Shown here piece after piece: positions 27,701-42,700 of a DNA stretch of 64,000 nucleotides. A model generated the notes under the pieces. The model was given only the letters and a program-made list of their open reading frames with translations. It had not been told where the DNA came from and did not search any database. Location: assembly GCA_965285935.1 (NCBI GenBank), contig OZ260661.1:41788001-41852000 (forward strand), written 5' to 3'. Source of the stretch: Ophelia neglecta (lineage: Eukaryota). Numbering within the stretch: the stretch's first letter is position 1; every line of letters starts with the position of its first letter. The position numbers and the translations under genes are program-made.

Positions 27701-30700
27701 ACTTCACATGCATTGTGTAATACACTTTTCATATCGGCGAAATGCGGATATTATGGAATTAGTAGCACTGCCGCCGCCACCGCCGCAGATTTTAGTTGTT
27801 AACGCGATAACTCAAAAACCATTTCGTACATCTTTTTCAAATTTGACACAGCCATAGACCTTATTGAGAGGAGGAACTGATTCTAAACTGGTGAAATTCC
27901 AATAATTATTAATTAGTTAAAACAATTATTTTATTATGTTAGAAACGCATTATCTGCAATTACACAAAAAATATTTGATACATCTTTTTCAAATTAGACA
28001 CAGCCATAGACTGAAATTATTCTGGTGAATTTCGAAAGTATGGATGATATTGGCTTGAAGTTTTGTGTCATGATTCTTGTAATAACTATATACAATCGAT
28101 GTAATAAGTTAACTAGTTAACTTTATTAATGACCTGAAAAAAATTAGTTAGTGTTGTTTTCCATTATTATTGAGGTCGTTTGGAACCTACTAATCAGTTC
28201 AATAGTTACCTTTATTAATGACCTGAAAAATAATTAGTTAAGGTCGTTTTACATCATTTTGAGGTCATATAGAACCAACTTTATTAATGACCTGCAAAAG
28301 TTGTAAATGTTGCCAAATTTAATTGTTATGCCTATGAATGAGTCAAACATTAATAAAACAATTGAAATAAAGATATAAGAATTCCTGTCCACTTATTCGA
28401 CTTCAATATTTGATAATATCCCTTAAAACCTTTTTGGTCATGTTAATCAAACCACCCCCTCCCACATTTTATGTACAATAGGTTCTCGCATTTTTGTTTC
28501 TATGCTGATTACTAGCAAAAGCCAAGTGCAGACAGCCAGTCATCAACAACAATGAAAGCGATAGTAAAGTAAATGTCATTGCTTTTCAATCTGTTTGACT
28601 TAAAGATATTGCACAGTTGACTGGAATGTTGGTGGCTGACAGTTTCTTTCATGCTGGAACTCTTGCTGTGAGGCCTACATCATGAGCTTACAAAGATCCC
28701 TTCATTATTGTCACAAGACAAGACAAGATCTTTTAGATAAGTGGATCAAATATATTGGTATGAAACAAGCGGAGTACTTTTGTAAGCACAGATTCATAAA
28801 TATCACCCTTTTATGTGCTTATAAGCAAACGTAGAAATAAAGTGAATGACATATGCCAGCTGTGCAGTCGGATGTGAGTGCCTGCTGGATTTCTGTCGAT
28901 GTACAATGTAATGTACAAAAGATAGTTAGTAACGTTTTACTATTTTGACTCAGTATGAACTAGGCCAACCCCATCACAGGGGTGATAGTAACATTCCCTA
29001 CTAACTAGTAACTTGGGAGTTACTGGCACTTTGAGCAGGGTAGAACTAGGCATAAGAGTGCAAATTTCTGATGCAGGAATGCCATGTCTGATTTAACCCC
29101 TCACAAGGCTTTAACAGGACTTGTTCAGTCTTATACTCCTTTACATTAGGGTGGGTTAGTAGTATAGAGGCTCGAACTAGGTGGACTCTAGTTTTTTCCA
29201 CAGTTTATTTAAGAGACAAGTACAGAAGTATGATCAAAAAAGTTCTGTAATAAAAGTTGTTTTATACTATGTACATCAACATAAAGTGCTTCTCTGAAAT
29301 ATTATTCTCAATTCCAAATCAAAATCATTGTTAAAAGAAATATCAATTATTCAAAAATTATCACTGTAGTCAACATGTTTCAAGACAAAATATGGTATAT
29401 AATATTGACAGAATAATTGTCAAAGTTTTTTATTTCGATTTAAATGTAAATGAATATTTAACATTCAACAATATTAGTTGATATCATGAACGGTGTCAAA
29501 ATGAAAGTTACTTTTGAGAAAAATAACAATGAAAGCAAGTTTACAGAAACCCTGACTTACATCAGTATTGAAACTAATTAATTATTATAATGGTAAAAAT
29601 GTTTGCATGGGTTTTAATTTTCAAATTTCACGAAAAAGCACTCATTCATTTTAATAGCTTCAAACATGGCTGTCACTTGGGTTAAAATGTCTTTAATGTG
29701 TTGGGCATTACTTCCTTGCTCATCTAATGGGTTTTAAATTCATGTTTTTGCCAAAATTACACTTTGTGGATTTTAATTTTGTGCTAAACTATATGAAGGC
29801 CCTATATAAACATGCTAATACTATACTTGCAAGTTTTTTCAAAGAAACGGTGGGGGCAAAATTTGAGACAGTAATCAAAAAAGTGATTATTTCTTTGGAA
29901 CCTAACATTTTCTGGTAAAATGGGATTGGTTTGAATGATAAGTAGGTTAGTATTCTTAATGTTGCCTGTGACTATGTGCCGCAGTGGGTTATGTTTGAAA
30001 TAAAGTGTCAATGTTCTGGAAAGGAGAACATGCAGGAATCATGATGCTGATAGTGAAATGGATGCTTAAATGTGTCATTAGCTGTCATAATGTACTCAGG
30101 CACTGCATGCAGCCTTTCATGAATCAGCCACCCAGGGAATACCTGCTCATTCCAAAGGTCACATTAGACATTGTCTGAGCACATTAGTCGGAAATGGACT
30201 TAAGTGCAACAAATAACGCAACCATCTCCTGCAGAATTTACTTATTCATGTTTCACCACTGTGGAAACAGCTAACTCATAACTACCACAGCAGATTGAAT
30301 CTTAAGAGTTATAATTAGTGAAATTAGTAAGTAGTGTCTGACCAGCTAACTCTGTTCCAATATCTTTTTAAAAATCTTTAATATCATGTTTGAAAGTAAA
30401 CAATGTGAAACATATTGACCTATCAATAGACCTTATGTATGTCTTTATTTAAAGAATTTTTTTGAGAATAATTAACAATTTAGTTAATGTTTAGCATTAT
30501 GAACAATCTTGCAGGAAATGCAGGGCTTAGTTCATTTATTTATCTTCAGATATTTGCAGTGCTTGCTGTGAATAATACGTGGTCACTCGTCTATCAGACT
30601 GACGTTTTTTCACTGTTTTACCCGTGTGGTACTACAGGTCACAAGTTTGCATCCATCGCTATCAAACTTCACCACCTGTGTATGTCCCCACTCTCCGGAG

Positions 30701-33700
30701 CTGTATAGGTTTTGGTGGAGGCAGCTACCAAAAGTCAGATTTTATGGTCGAAAAAGGTCGTTTTCGGGAAAACGCCTCCATATTGTAACAGAAATGGCTA
30801 GTTAGCATCAAGATGTTCTCTTTTCCATTGCTGAGTTCTTTGTCGCTGGGCGGCATGCTTGCACTGCTGAAAATTTTGCTCTATGATGCCATAAAGTGAC
30901 ATTATTTTTGGTCGTTTTTTCAAACCGGAAGCAGAATTCTGAAATTTTTCAGCCAAAATATCAATAGCAAATCTCCAACAGATTATGTAATGGCTATCAA
31001 ATGTGATAGAGCAAAGTGCTGACTGCCTCTGTTTATTTGGGGGGAAATGTGTCGGTTGAATTGCATATGCTCATCCGCATGGCGGCAGGGGTCACCAACG
31101 TACCGTCAACCCCTCGAAGATTTCAACCCTGCCACTTTATATGATAACTGTCTGTCATGCTTGTGCAACCTGAACCCCTCTCATTCACTCATTACAATGA
31201 TTGTCAATTCACAAATCACACTTCATGTCTTTAATGGCTGCGGTTCAGCCATATATGCACCTAGAAACTTCAATCAACCGCCACTTTGTATGAAAAATGT
31301 CGGCAAATAAATCATGGAGCTTTTAGCTCCATTTTTGTCTCAGGAGCTGATTCTGTGTGCTACACGCTCTCATTTATTGCATTTCTGCCCATTTTAAGAC
31401 TTTTTGGAAAGGCCATGAGAAAATTCAGCTTTAAATGTCTGGATGTTTGAACAAACTTGAGCCATATTTTAATATTTACCTGATGTTATCTAGTGGTTAT
31501 GGACTTTGAGGCTTTGTCTAACTGGAATTTGTTTGAAGTGCAATCTGAAACAGCTCAAAAGTTCTTGTTACAACTCTTGTTAGTGAAAGTGCTGCACTTT
31601 AACTTGAGTTGTATCTCAGAATCGATTCACTAAATCTGTTGTGTGTATTCATATGGATATTTTTGTACTGTTAGGTTGTGGGAGTCAGCCCACTACAATT
31701 TATTCTGAAGTATGTTTTAAAATCTACATGTGTTATTGCAACTCTTGGATTGTTATTTTTAAGTGTCGGATTATGAATTCAAATTTCTGTCATCTGTCTT
31801 CGGCTTACATGTAGGTATATGGTGTCATATGTGATCATGTTTGTAATAACAATGAATAAATAGGCTTTTTTTTACACATAGTTTAAAGAGGACAAAAAAC
31901 AAGCACAGCAGTTTGATAGCTGCTATAAAATTTAAGTCATGAGCTAAGAATTACATTCATTGCAATAGAACAATCTTTTTTTTTCAGGGCACTGAGAGGG
32001 GAAGGTTCCTGTACCCTGACTTTTGCAGCCATGTTAGTTAGTTATATATTATTCTTCTGCTGGCGAGCCAACCTAGACATAAATGATCCCCTCCTCCGGG
32101 GAGTGGTAAGTAAACAGAAAATATCAACAAGAATAATAAACGAGAAAAATAGTTCACAACCTCACAAATTATCTTCAAAAACTGTGTATTAACATAATTT
32201 TTCAGACAGCATTCAGCTAAACGTGGAGATTCAATTTTCAAGGAATTGGTACTGCAAAACCATGCAAGGTTAAATCATTGTAGTCAGAAGCTACCACTGA
32301 TTGCCCCTTTAGCCTGCTACAAAAACATTAAATCATCATGTTGATGCACCTATGTCTTGATTGTTGAAGAGTTAAAGTTGTGATTGAATAGAACTGATAT
32401 TTAGGGGAAATTAAATGGAAACACAACACAGTATATGGGTTCTGAAAGATGAAATATGAATAAAATAACAAGTAGAAGCTATTTCTAAAGGTGGCAGATT
32501 TGAACCATTCCTTTTAGAGGTGGGGCTTCCTTTATATTCTATAGTAACAGCAGAGTTATTGAATCACAAAAGGTGTTTCTCTGTTTTTGTGAGCCTTGAG
32601 AGTAAACTGATAGTGATAGGCCGATGATCAATTATAATGGAAAGTCGGTTGGTTAGCTGTGCGAACCAAGCGCTTAAATAAAAAATTCACTATCGATTTA
32701 GTCGGTTCATGGTCATTAATGCCTCGTGTTTATTAATCTGTTTATATCAAGTGTCTTTTCTTCTGTGTGGCTGATCAACTTCCCGCAGTCGCCATATTTG
32801 TTAACTATGATACTCGTGTTTCCGGCCTTTTCGCAAACCTTTCCGATCCTAATGCCAGCAGAGGGCGGTTTCATCAGTGCTGGCCGGCTGTGACGCAAGC
32901 CACTGCATTGCCAGCATGTTACTGGTCACCAAGCATATTGGCGCGGTCGAGGATTTCTACATGCTAGCGAACCGATTATCTCAATCATTGATTGGTTTGT
33001 CTGAACCAATCATCGATTATGAAAATCAATCCAACTCCCATCACTATAAACTGGGCATGTGATAGTCATATTTAACACACTTTTGCCATGGGGGCTAGAA
33101 AAAAACCCTATTTGTTTTTTATGAAGGTTGGTCAAGGTGCGGTCTTAGCATTGCAGGTGGTTTTGGCAGTTTTTGAAATCTCATCTGGTCAAAATGGAAG
33201 GTCACATGGCCAAGAAGCTGGAGGCTTCTCCATACTTTCCATTTGGTTATAATCCCTCTGCCCCGGAAAATGAAATTTTATCTGAAATTACTGAAAATTC
33301 GTGGGGTTTTTAAGATTTTGTGGGAGAACAGGGGAAATAAGTTAATTGCCGGGACTCCCAGAAATTAGGAGGCCATGGCAGACCTGTTTTTTTGCGATCA
33401 GAGATTACTAAGCCGTTTCAGAAGAGTTTCACTGAATCTGTGTAGAAAATATTGGTGAAACTGTCATCAGAACTGGCATAAACAAGTATGTTTGACTTGC
33501 TGCCTTGAAATTAAAATGCACAAAGATAAGCTTCATAAAAATAGCTCTGCAGTCTTTTCTTGACCAGATTTAGTTATTTGTGCTTAAAAACACTGATTAA
33601 GAAAGGAATTCACAGAAAAATGCTGTGGGTACATTATTTTGACAGTTACTTTTTTGGCATATCTAAGGCTTAAATCTAGCTATCTTGTCAAGATTTTTTC

Positions 33701-36700
33701 CATTTTCATCCTTAAAGTGACAATTTTACATGATTATTTCCAGTTGTTGTTTATATCAGATTTTGTAGGTTTTCAAATTCAAATGGCTTTAAAAATTTAT
33801 TGGGTCTGTTATATATAATTTTAGAGACACCTAGAATCATCTTTACTAGTCACAAAACCATTTACAGACTTAGTAGTAATTTATTTTACCAAATTTATTG
33901 ATTTTGTTATAAACTCCAGAATGAACTGGGCTTAAGTATGGGACTGTACAACAATATTTTCCCTCGCATCTTTGGATTTAGATTTTTGGGGCTTAGCAAC
34001 ACTTAAACACTATGTGGGCCAGAAATAAGTGGTTATGGAACTTTATTTCATAAAAATCTTCAAGGTGGATGGTTCAGTTGTTTTCTGACTAAAATGTGTT
34101 AGTAAAGGAAGATAAAAAGTTAGAGTTCAATAAATGGATAAAAGAAGGTTCCATAAAGCCTCACATTTTTAAGATGGCTTCCACGCTTTAGATCTACTAA
34201 ATTATTTATTAGAGATCTAAAGATTTCAGAAAATTATGGGTCTGCTGTGTACAGACCTTGTCAAATAAGGTTTTGAGGCTGATAACTTTATAAAAATGGT
34301 TTCTAGCCTGGATGAAGTCGCTCCATCCAACAGAATATATTGGATAGTGATCTGGCATTGGCAGGATTTACAAAAATATGCATCCTCTCTTCTCAGAAGA
34401 TGAGTGTGTGTGAAATGAGAGTGGTCAATGATCAGGCGAGACATGATCAAGTCGTCCCTCTGGGAGGCAAAAGGCTGTCGAAAAAAGATTACGGTATCTT
34501 GGGGCAGACAGTGTGCAGTTTGTTTTTTATGGCCTGGTCCCAAACGGTCTGCCATTGTTTCCAGCCATACTGCTTGTTGGGACTCTTGTGTACGAGATCT
34601 TTTTTGGGGAAATTGGATTTTCAGAGCCTCTTTAGCACATTTGTCAGCAGCCTCGTTGCCTTTGATGCCCACCTGGCTGGGCACTCCAGTGACCATAAAC
34701 CAGTCTACCACCATTGGCCTATATTTCCATGGTGGTGTCTTTTGTAGTGCAGCATAAGCAGTCCATCTAAGTTTGACGCTCAGGTTTTTTAGGGATTGCT
34801 TAATGCAAATACCAAATGGAGGATTTGTTCTTTTGGCGGCAAATAGTTCACTGTCTGGAGGGTCGAAAACACTTGAGAAGGCGGGGTCAGTGGGGTCTGC
34901 ATCCTCACATCTTTGGAAAAGCAATTCACCTGAAAATATGACTCGGTGAGATTAACTCCCAGCTGATTGGTAGATGATAATGCTTTATAGTTTTTTTACA
35001 GTCAATCAGTAATAGTGCATAATATTTATGTACCTAAGCCTTGATCATGCCTAATATCACACCCTAAACACTATAAATGTAGATAACATTAGTAATATCA
35101 CCCCTCTGCCCTCTACCCAAAAAAATCAGAAAAGAAAGGCCTTTAAAATGCATCTATCTGATTGACTCATTCAATGAGTTGTAAAGGTAGGTTGTATATC
35201 TACCCTGATGACAGTACTACATTGTCCCCACACTAGCTTCACTTAGAAAGGGTATAACAGCATATGTATGTATAAAACTACCACTCAGGGTATATATGTA
35301 CATGTATATCATGATCATCAGTGGCTAATCAGTGTAGGGAGTGAACAGACTAATTTCGAGGCCATTGGAATGAAGCCATCTTTCTGATTGATGTTTGATT
35401 AATTCTCCTGACTCTATGGTCTCAGTTTTCAATGGTCTCAGATTACCATTAGCTGTGATTTTAATATAAAGTAGGCAAATTTAAGTGTTATAATTTCCTA
35501 AATTAAAAAAAAAACTCATAACAGTGGGAAATTATTATCCTAGGAAATTTGATTCTACCTTTCCCCCCCTTTCTAAGTTTCAGGTGTTTTTTCTGGTTGC
35601 TAAAGATCATATCGTTATGCTTCAAAATATAAGAGCTTAGGTTCTTCTCAGAACTTTCCTCTTTAAGTGATATCGGTGATTAGTTCTTATTTTTTTTGAC
35701 TTTGAGTTTAATGATTCATATAATTCCTTTTTGATTAAAAAGTGGAACATATTGCATGGTTCATAAGATTCTGGACATTCCCTGATATTTGCTTGAGAGG
35801 TTCACTGCAGAAATTCCTATGCACTTTAGAGGCAGAAGGTTGTGTTTTGACATTTGACTGTTAAGTGGTATATGTATAATATATAGGTTATATACTTAAT
35901 ATACATAATATTACTGTCAAACCAAAATGTCATACACTATATAGGCCTACCTCCTCTAAAGTGTGTTTAATTTCCATCATTTCATTTTCATGTTATTTAT
36001 CTGTATGGTATCCAGTAGATACAAGCAATGGCATGAGAGAAGTGACTTTTCCGACATATGTGCTGATGAAAACCGAAACTGCTTTTTTTAGGCATTAGTG
36101 GATTCAAAATTTTAAATACATATAAGAAAGTTCAAAGCAAAATCATGGTGACCTTGAGTATCACATTGGAATTATAAGATTGACTCCGGCGATTTAAAGA
36201 ACTCACCTACTTAGGAAACTCACTTCCAAGGGCTCTTTTGAGGTGATCTCAGAAACTAACCTCAAAATGTCACAAGGTCACTTTAGAAGGTCAGGAGGCC
36301 ACCTCAGAAGATCACCTCTGAAGATCACTCCTTTATTGTAGCATGTTTGATGCTATACAGATCAATGCCATCAAAAATTATAAGTTTAGTATGTGGTGTG
36401 CTTCCTAGGTTGGCCAATTATCCTTTAATACTAGTAACATCAGTGTGTATGAAATACCGGTTTTATGCATCATTTTTATTGGTATTGTCCCCTTACCATC
36501 TTGAAAGGTTCCCTGCAGTCATTAACTCAGGAGAAATGTCAGACTAGAATTATAATATATCACCAGTAGCTACAGATTTCTTGTAGGAACAGGAGATTAA
36601 AGAGGATGCATAATGTATATTTGTTTCTTAAACCTGATCAGTTTATAAACATATTGTTGCATTGAATTATAAGCCTTTAGACTCAGCACACCAAAACTGT

Positions 36701-39700
36701 GTAAAAAAGGATTACCCTTTTTCTTTTTCTCGTAATGTGAGTTTCACAACTTGATTGGATTTCCTGTGGCATATAAACAGTTTGGTTAATGTTTTGACCA
36801 TGTTGACAAGAAATGTTGTTTTTATAGTACATTAATACAGGCTGGTTGTCAAAATAATACCTGATATATTTTATAGGAAACATGTTTATACAAAAAGTGT
36901 CTTTAAGACTCACCCTGAAATATAAAATGTGTCAAACTACATAGGATAATAGACCTAAAATGGATGGCTACAGGAAATATTAATACAGCCTGTCATGGAT
37001 GACATCACTAAGCCGATTTGATCTCCTAATCTAACAGGGGACAGCACTGCACATGACTAGTCCACAGTATAAGTAGGGATTATGTTGTGATTTTACAGTG
37101 CTGGTGAGCTCATTGAAAACCAGGCAGTCATTAGACAAAAAGAAAAATTACATGTTTAGAAAGCCTTTTTATACATTAATCATCCCTGCATTTTTTTTGG
37201 GTCACATATACAGGTGTGGAGAAAATACCAGTTCAACTAATACTCCATGTTAAATCCAAACCTAAGACGTAAAAATAGGTACTGATAGCTCCCCTGCCAG
37301 GCGCCCGGTATTTAGGGGGGAAGTGTTAGTACTGGGCAACCCGGTGTCAGTATAATGTGACTGGGCGGGGTTCCCTGTCTGGTGTCTACGGCAGGTACTC
37401 CAGTGAGGCAGCACTATAAAGAGGGCATTAAGCCCACTGTCACTAGTAGGCACTGTGGCGATATGAACGATAAGTGTTGAAAGCCACGTAAAAATCCCAA
37501 ACAACCAACCCATGTTAAATCCCCATGCACAACTGAAATTAGCACTACTAAACACCTGCTGAACACTTCTGATCCTTTAATTGTAATCAGGCTTTAGGTT
37601 GAGAAGTGTGGCTGTTCTGACTCGCATGCAATTTGAGAACTAACTGAAAAACTTGTAAATTGCTTTTGTATGTAAGTAGTAATAGGAATATCAGTGGTAT
37701 AAGCTGACTGCTGCCATGTTGTCCTTAATCAGTGTTACACACATACATTGTCATTGTCCCCCACCTGTTTTGAAAAAGAGTGTAGGGGTACTTGTATTGG
37801 GCTCCATGCTCAGCCACCAGTAGACAGTTTATTTAACATTAAGGTGAATTGCAGGGTCTTCATTTTAGTAGTCTGAATTGACAGGTGGTCTGAATACAGG
37901 GGTGGTTTCTAAGGCAGGTTTCATTGTATTCCACAATATAGTAACCTAATACTGTAGCCTTCAATGAAACTGTTATATTTCCGCGTGGAATAGGCCTATA
38001 GCAAAATGTACAATGGTAGTAAGTTTTTAAACTTATAATGTTGTTAGATATGTATGAACACTGAAAGAAATTTTATAATAATATCAAAATAACTTGATGC
38101 GACCAATATGAAATATGTAATTTAATATTCAATATTCCAGGTAGAGAGATTCTGGATGCAAGCTGATCTGGTTGTTGCAGTGTTAGCTGGGATAGGCTTT
38201 CACACAGCAGTGAGGTAGGAGTACATGTGTCTTTGTTTAAAGTCCAGCCCACTACTAGCCTAAAACATTATTATAAGTGTAAAATTATACTACCAAATAC
38301 ATCTTTATTGCTGGTTGCAATTTTATTATTTACTTCCATCTTACCTTTTTCTTTTCTTTCTTGCCATCTTTCTAGCAGTTTGTTCAGCTGTCTAAAAGAA
38401 AGAAAAATTCAAATTTTGTTTCTTTCAATTCTTGTTTCTAATAATTCATTGAAGGAAACTCACACACATTTTCTTTAATATATAATAAGCTTTTAATGGT
38501 GCTATTTCCCCCCCCCCCCCCCCAAGAGATTTAGAGTACATACTTGCTCAGCTCTATCAGAAAATCATAAATACGGCATTGTGCAGAAGACAATTTCTTG
38601 TTAATTCAATGAATACATGTCCATTCTCATAGAGCATTTTATTTTTTGATTTTAATAGGATGTGTGTAGAGACACTGATGGGAGATCACAAGATTTCCAT
38701 GTCCTCTGTGTTTACTGTGATGGGTGGCAGCATAGTGCTCGCACTACAATTGGTAAGTGGTAAGACCTCAGCTCTATCAGAAAATCAGAAATAGGGCATT
38801 GTGCAGAAGACAATTGTCTGTTAGTTCAATGAAGACACGTCCATGTACAAATATCCATTTGACATTAGATCATTCAGAGAAGATTGCACTTATAGTGAGG
38901 ACTGGGCTCATATACAAAAAAAGGAAAAAAAAAGACTATTGTACTATAATCTTAACTAAATCATCCATGTACATTTACATCAGAAACTGACAGAAAAGTC
39001 TGCAGCAGACGACAACATATGACTTGTACCGGTACTTTAATACATATGTCTAGGTAAATGTTCATGTAAGGGGGCCTGCCTGTAGCCTGTGAAGAGTTTG
39101 ACATGCTGTCATGAGACAAGGAGGCAATAAAACCCTCACGAAATCCTAGCAATTACTCACTGTCCATTAGGAAGGAAAGGGTTTGGCCCAGACAGGAAAA
39201 ATCTGTCCATGGAATAATGCATTTGCAATAAATTTAGAATTACATTTGTTTTTGTCTCAACTAATGCTCTCCCTTCTGGCTTTTTCAGTTGTGACTGATG
39301 CAAATGTCAGGACTGACAGCTTTGATCTGGTATTATATGTAGTTAGTCCATTGTTCTTACAGACATACAGACAACTATGAGCTAATGACTTGCATATCTG
39401 CACATATACCTGAAAGTGATGTGTTGGGTTGGGGTATTCTTCACTTTAAATGGGGTGTGCCTCTGACAATCTGAACCCCCCCCCCCATCCCACCCTCCAT
39501 ATAATTAGTTCCTATCAGATATGAGCCATCCTTTCAGAGGTAGCCACATTTGTTGAAAGGTAGTAAGTGTGAAATTGATAGGTTTGGTTAGTCCTTTACT
39601 CTGCAGTCTTTAAAATTACATTATGTGCCCTGAATCTGTACATTAGAAGGATTCTTGTTGTCTCTAAGTGCTAATTGCAATGTTGAGTGTCACATTGTAT

Positions 39701-42700
39701 GACTTCAGAAGTTCCCCATCACCACCACTGTACATTGTCACCAGTATTAGAGTTAAAACACCAGGGTAAAAAAAAGTAACATAGGGCAGGAAAATCTTAG
39801 GGGGGAAATCTAACTGTGACTGTCCTGGCGGGCTCATGTGCTATAAAGAACTAAGCTAAATGTTTTCTTGGCTGTCAATGGTATCTTGCTTACTTTTGTT
39901 ATGGATGAATGTGTTTATTATGTGTCCTGAGTCAAAGCTTAGTCAATTTTTTCCAGCACAGGTGAAGTTAATGGGAATTTAACATTATTTGGGGATACTT
40001 TTTACAAGCTTAATACTCCTACTGTATTGAATTAAGAAATCTCAAAACCTCACCAAAATCATTTTCTGCCCTAAATTTAATGGCTAGAACTGATATCAAC
40101 ATTGGCAGTATATAGGAAAGAATATCTTGCGCAGCTTATTATACTCACGAAATGCTGATATTATGGAATCAGTGTCGCCACTGCCGCAGACTTTAAGTCT
40201 ATAGACAGATATTGTGCCCCTACACCAACACGCAAACCATGCATGTCAATCGAGGACCTGGAGACGCTCATCAGGTTCTGTCTAACTGACAGCAGCTTTC
40301 TCTCACTACGGGTAGTGCTCACATTTGGCTTTTTCGGTTACCTGAGAGCGTCGAATTTAGCACCGCCGACAGAGGCAGCATTCGACAAGGACAGGCACAC
40401 CACGGCAGAGGACGTCACCTGTCAACCTGGAGGCCTAGTCCTGTCGTTAAAATGGACTAAGGCTCTACAAGCCTCTCGCCATCGCTACTCGGTACCCCTA
40501 CCTAGACTCACACACACCGTGCTTTGCCCTGTGAGAGCATGGGAGGAATACAGGCGTCACCTGCAGCCCTTTGGACATCTACAGGGCATGCCTCTCCTTC
40601 TAACCACTGGGATGACGACACCCAAAGTCGTCACAATACCGTTGCTTCGTGCACTCCTACGTCGAGCAGCTGCCGCCACCAACCTAGAAGCAAAGCATTA
40701 TACACCGCATGCTTGGAAACGGGGGGTGCAACATACTCATACCTAGCTGGAGTGCCAATTGAACATATCAAACGACATGGCACGTGGACATCATCAGCGG
40801 TTGAGACTTATCTCCAGTCCGTGCCACAACTCGACACCCCTGTAATGGAAGCCTTCCGGAAGTTAACACAATGGACAAAACCGACCCTGGTGTATCGGGC
40901 CATACGCGTTAGCATTGGAGGAACCGGATAATGAGGGTCATGTGCAATAGACTCCCCCCCTCCCCCTTATAGGCTAGCTTGAGCAGCCATCCTCAAAGTG
41001 ACCACAGGCCAGCAAAATTCACACATAGGCCTATATCCCTACATATTTGGAGTACACACCTAAAAACAACTCCCTACCTTTGGAGACTTTCAATCTACCC
41101 GGACACAAACTGTCTTCACCAGCATTATAACCACGCACAGGCAATTGAGCTCAAGCTGTTTGTGTATATGAATAAATCATGTACTCCAAATATATTAATT
41201 TAATACAGCAGTTCTGTTTTCATTGACTCTTTAAAGGCGAACAAGTAATGCAGCACTATAATGTACTCTTCACAAACTATGCTTAGCAGCATAAAGAGTT
41301 CTCCAGTTTCACTCCCTTACCTTTTGACAGGCATGTCTATTATCACTTTTATTAGGCAAGGTATGTGTTTCTACATGCCTTATTGAACTTGTCTTGTTCC
41401 AAGTTTTATAGTAAAACTCAACTCAAAATATATTTTTTCAATGGTGCAATAATAATTTCTTATATTTATTCCCTTTCTCATAAAACATATAGTTGCTTTA
41501 TGAATTTGAATGCTTTATAAAAGTAAAAACATGTTTTTGGCTCATTTTGGTTACTTTTAGCTCTAGCCGTAGGCATATCCATTGATTTTTCTCTAAATAG
41601 TGATATATAATCAAAGAGTACTTTCTGAATACCTAGCTCTATTGCCTCTGCACCACAATGCCCTCTTAAGTCTTCAAAGTAAACAACCAAACAGGTCTAG
41701 GCGGAATTCTTTTTAACTTTATTATTTATAGAGGCAGAGGCTTACATACCAATACATAATCATATCTGATAAAAGTGATGAATAACTTTTAGGTAGGTAT
41801 ACAGCTGATGTTTCACAGCAGTCATCAAATGCATGTGTTGTTGCTCAAATATTTAGTTACTGCCATTTGAAATCAGCTGCTCACATTGTCCTCGGTCTTG
41901 TGACAAGGTTGGAACTGATTGAAATGTGCTGTGTACGTGCCTATGTGCATGGTCCTACTCTTATCATGGGCATATATGTGTGTTTGCCTACATGTTGTGA
42001 AACCTTGAAATTTACCCTTTGAGTTTGGTTTGCTAGTTAAGGCTAGCTGATATGATTTAATCATGCTGACACCCAATGGATGTCAGCAGAGGTGTCTATC
42101 CACACCATTTATTCCCCTGGCGGTCATTTATTGCTTTTTACAACTACTATTGATTTCATCTCATAAATTAGTTGGTCTGTGTGACCTATGTATGTGTTAA
42201 ATCACTTTCAGCCTAGTGGTACAGTAAAACCTGGCCTAAAGGACACCTGACAATTAGGGACACACTGACTATTAAGGACATTGTTTTTAGTACAGTTGTA
42301 ATACTTTACATGTAAAGTAACCTGTGAAATAAGGACAACTGAGAAAAGAGGACAGATTTCCCAGCCCCTTGGCTGTCCCTAATTGTCAGGTTTCACTGTA
42401 TATATAAACTTTAAATCTTTTCCTCTTTGAGTCTGCTGTTTTTGTTGCTAGTCATGTCCCACTATTTTCCCAACAATGTGTGACTCCCTGATGACCTGGA
42501 ACTTGTCATTGACCTCTATTCCAAGGTTAGAAAAATAATTCTGAATGTTCAGTGTGGCCTTCTGGACTAATCCGTTGGGGAAGTCCAGTGCATGGAATGG
42601 ATTTGACCTTCAGATGTGCAAACCATATGTCCAATGCATTGTCATGAGGTTTAGATAGCACGTAGAGCCTTTCATTTAATCAGGACGAAAAGTGGGATCA

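Noticed and set aside
40243-40931. Phage integrase, prophage or horizontally acquired bacterial gene
   Set aside because: Motif spacing (LRxSNL, LCPV, HxxRxGGAT, GxWxSxAxxxY) fits DIRS-type retroelement recombinases, and there are no other phage or bacterial genes.
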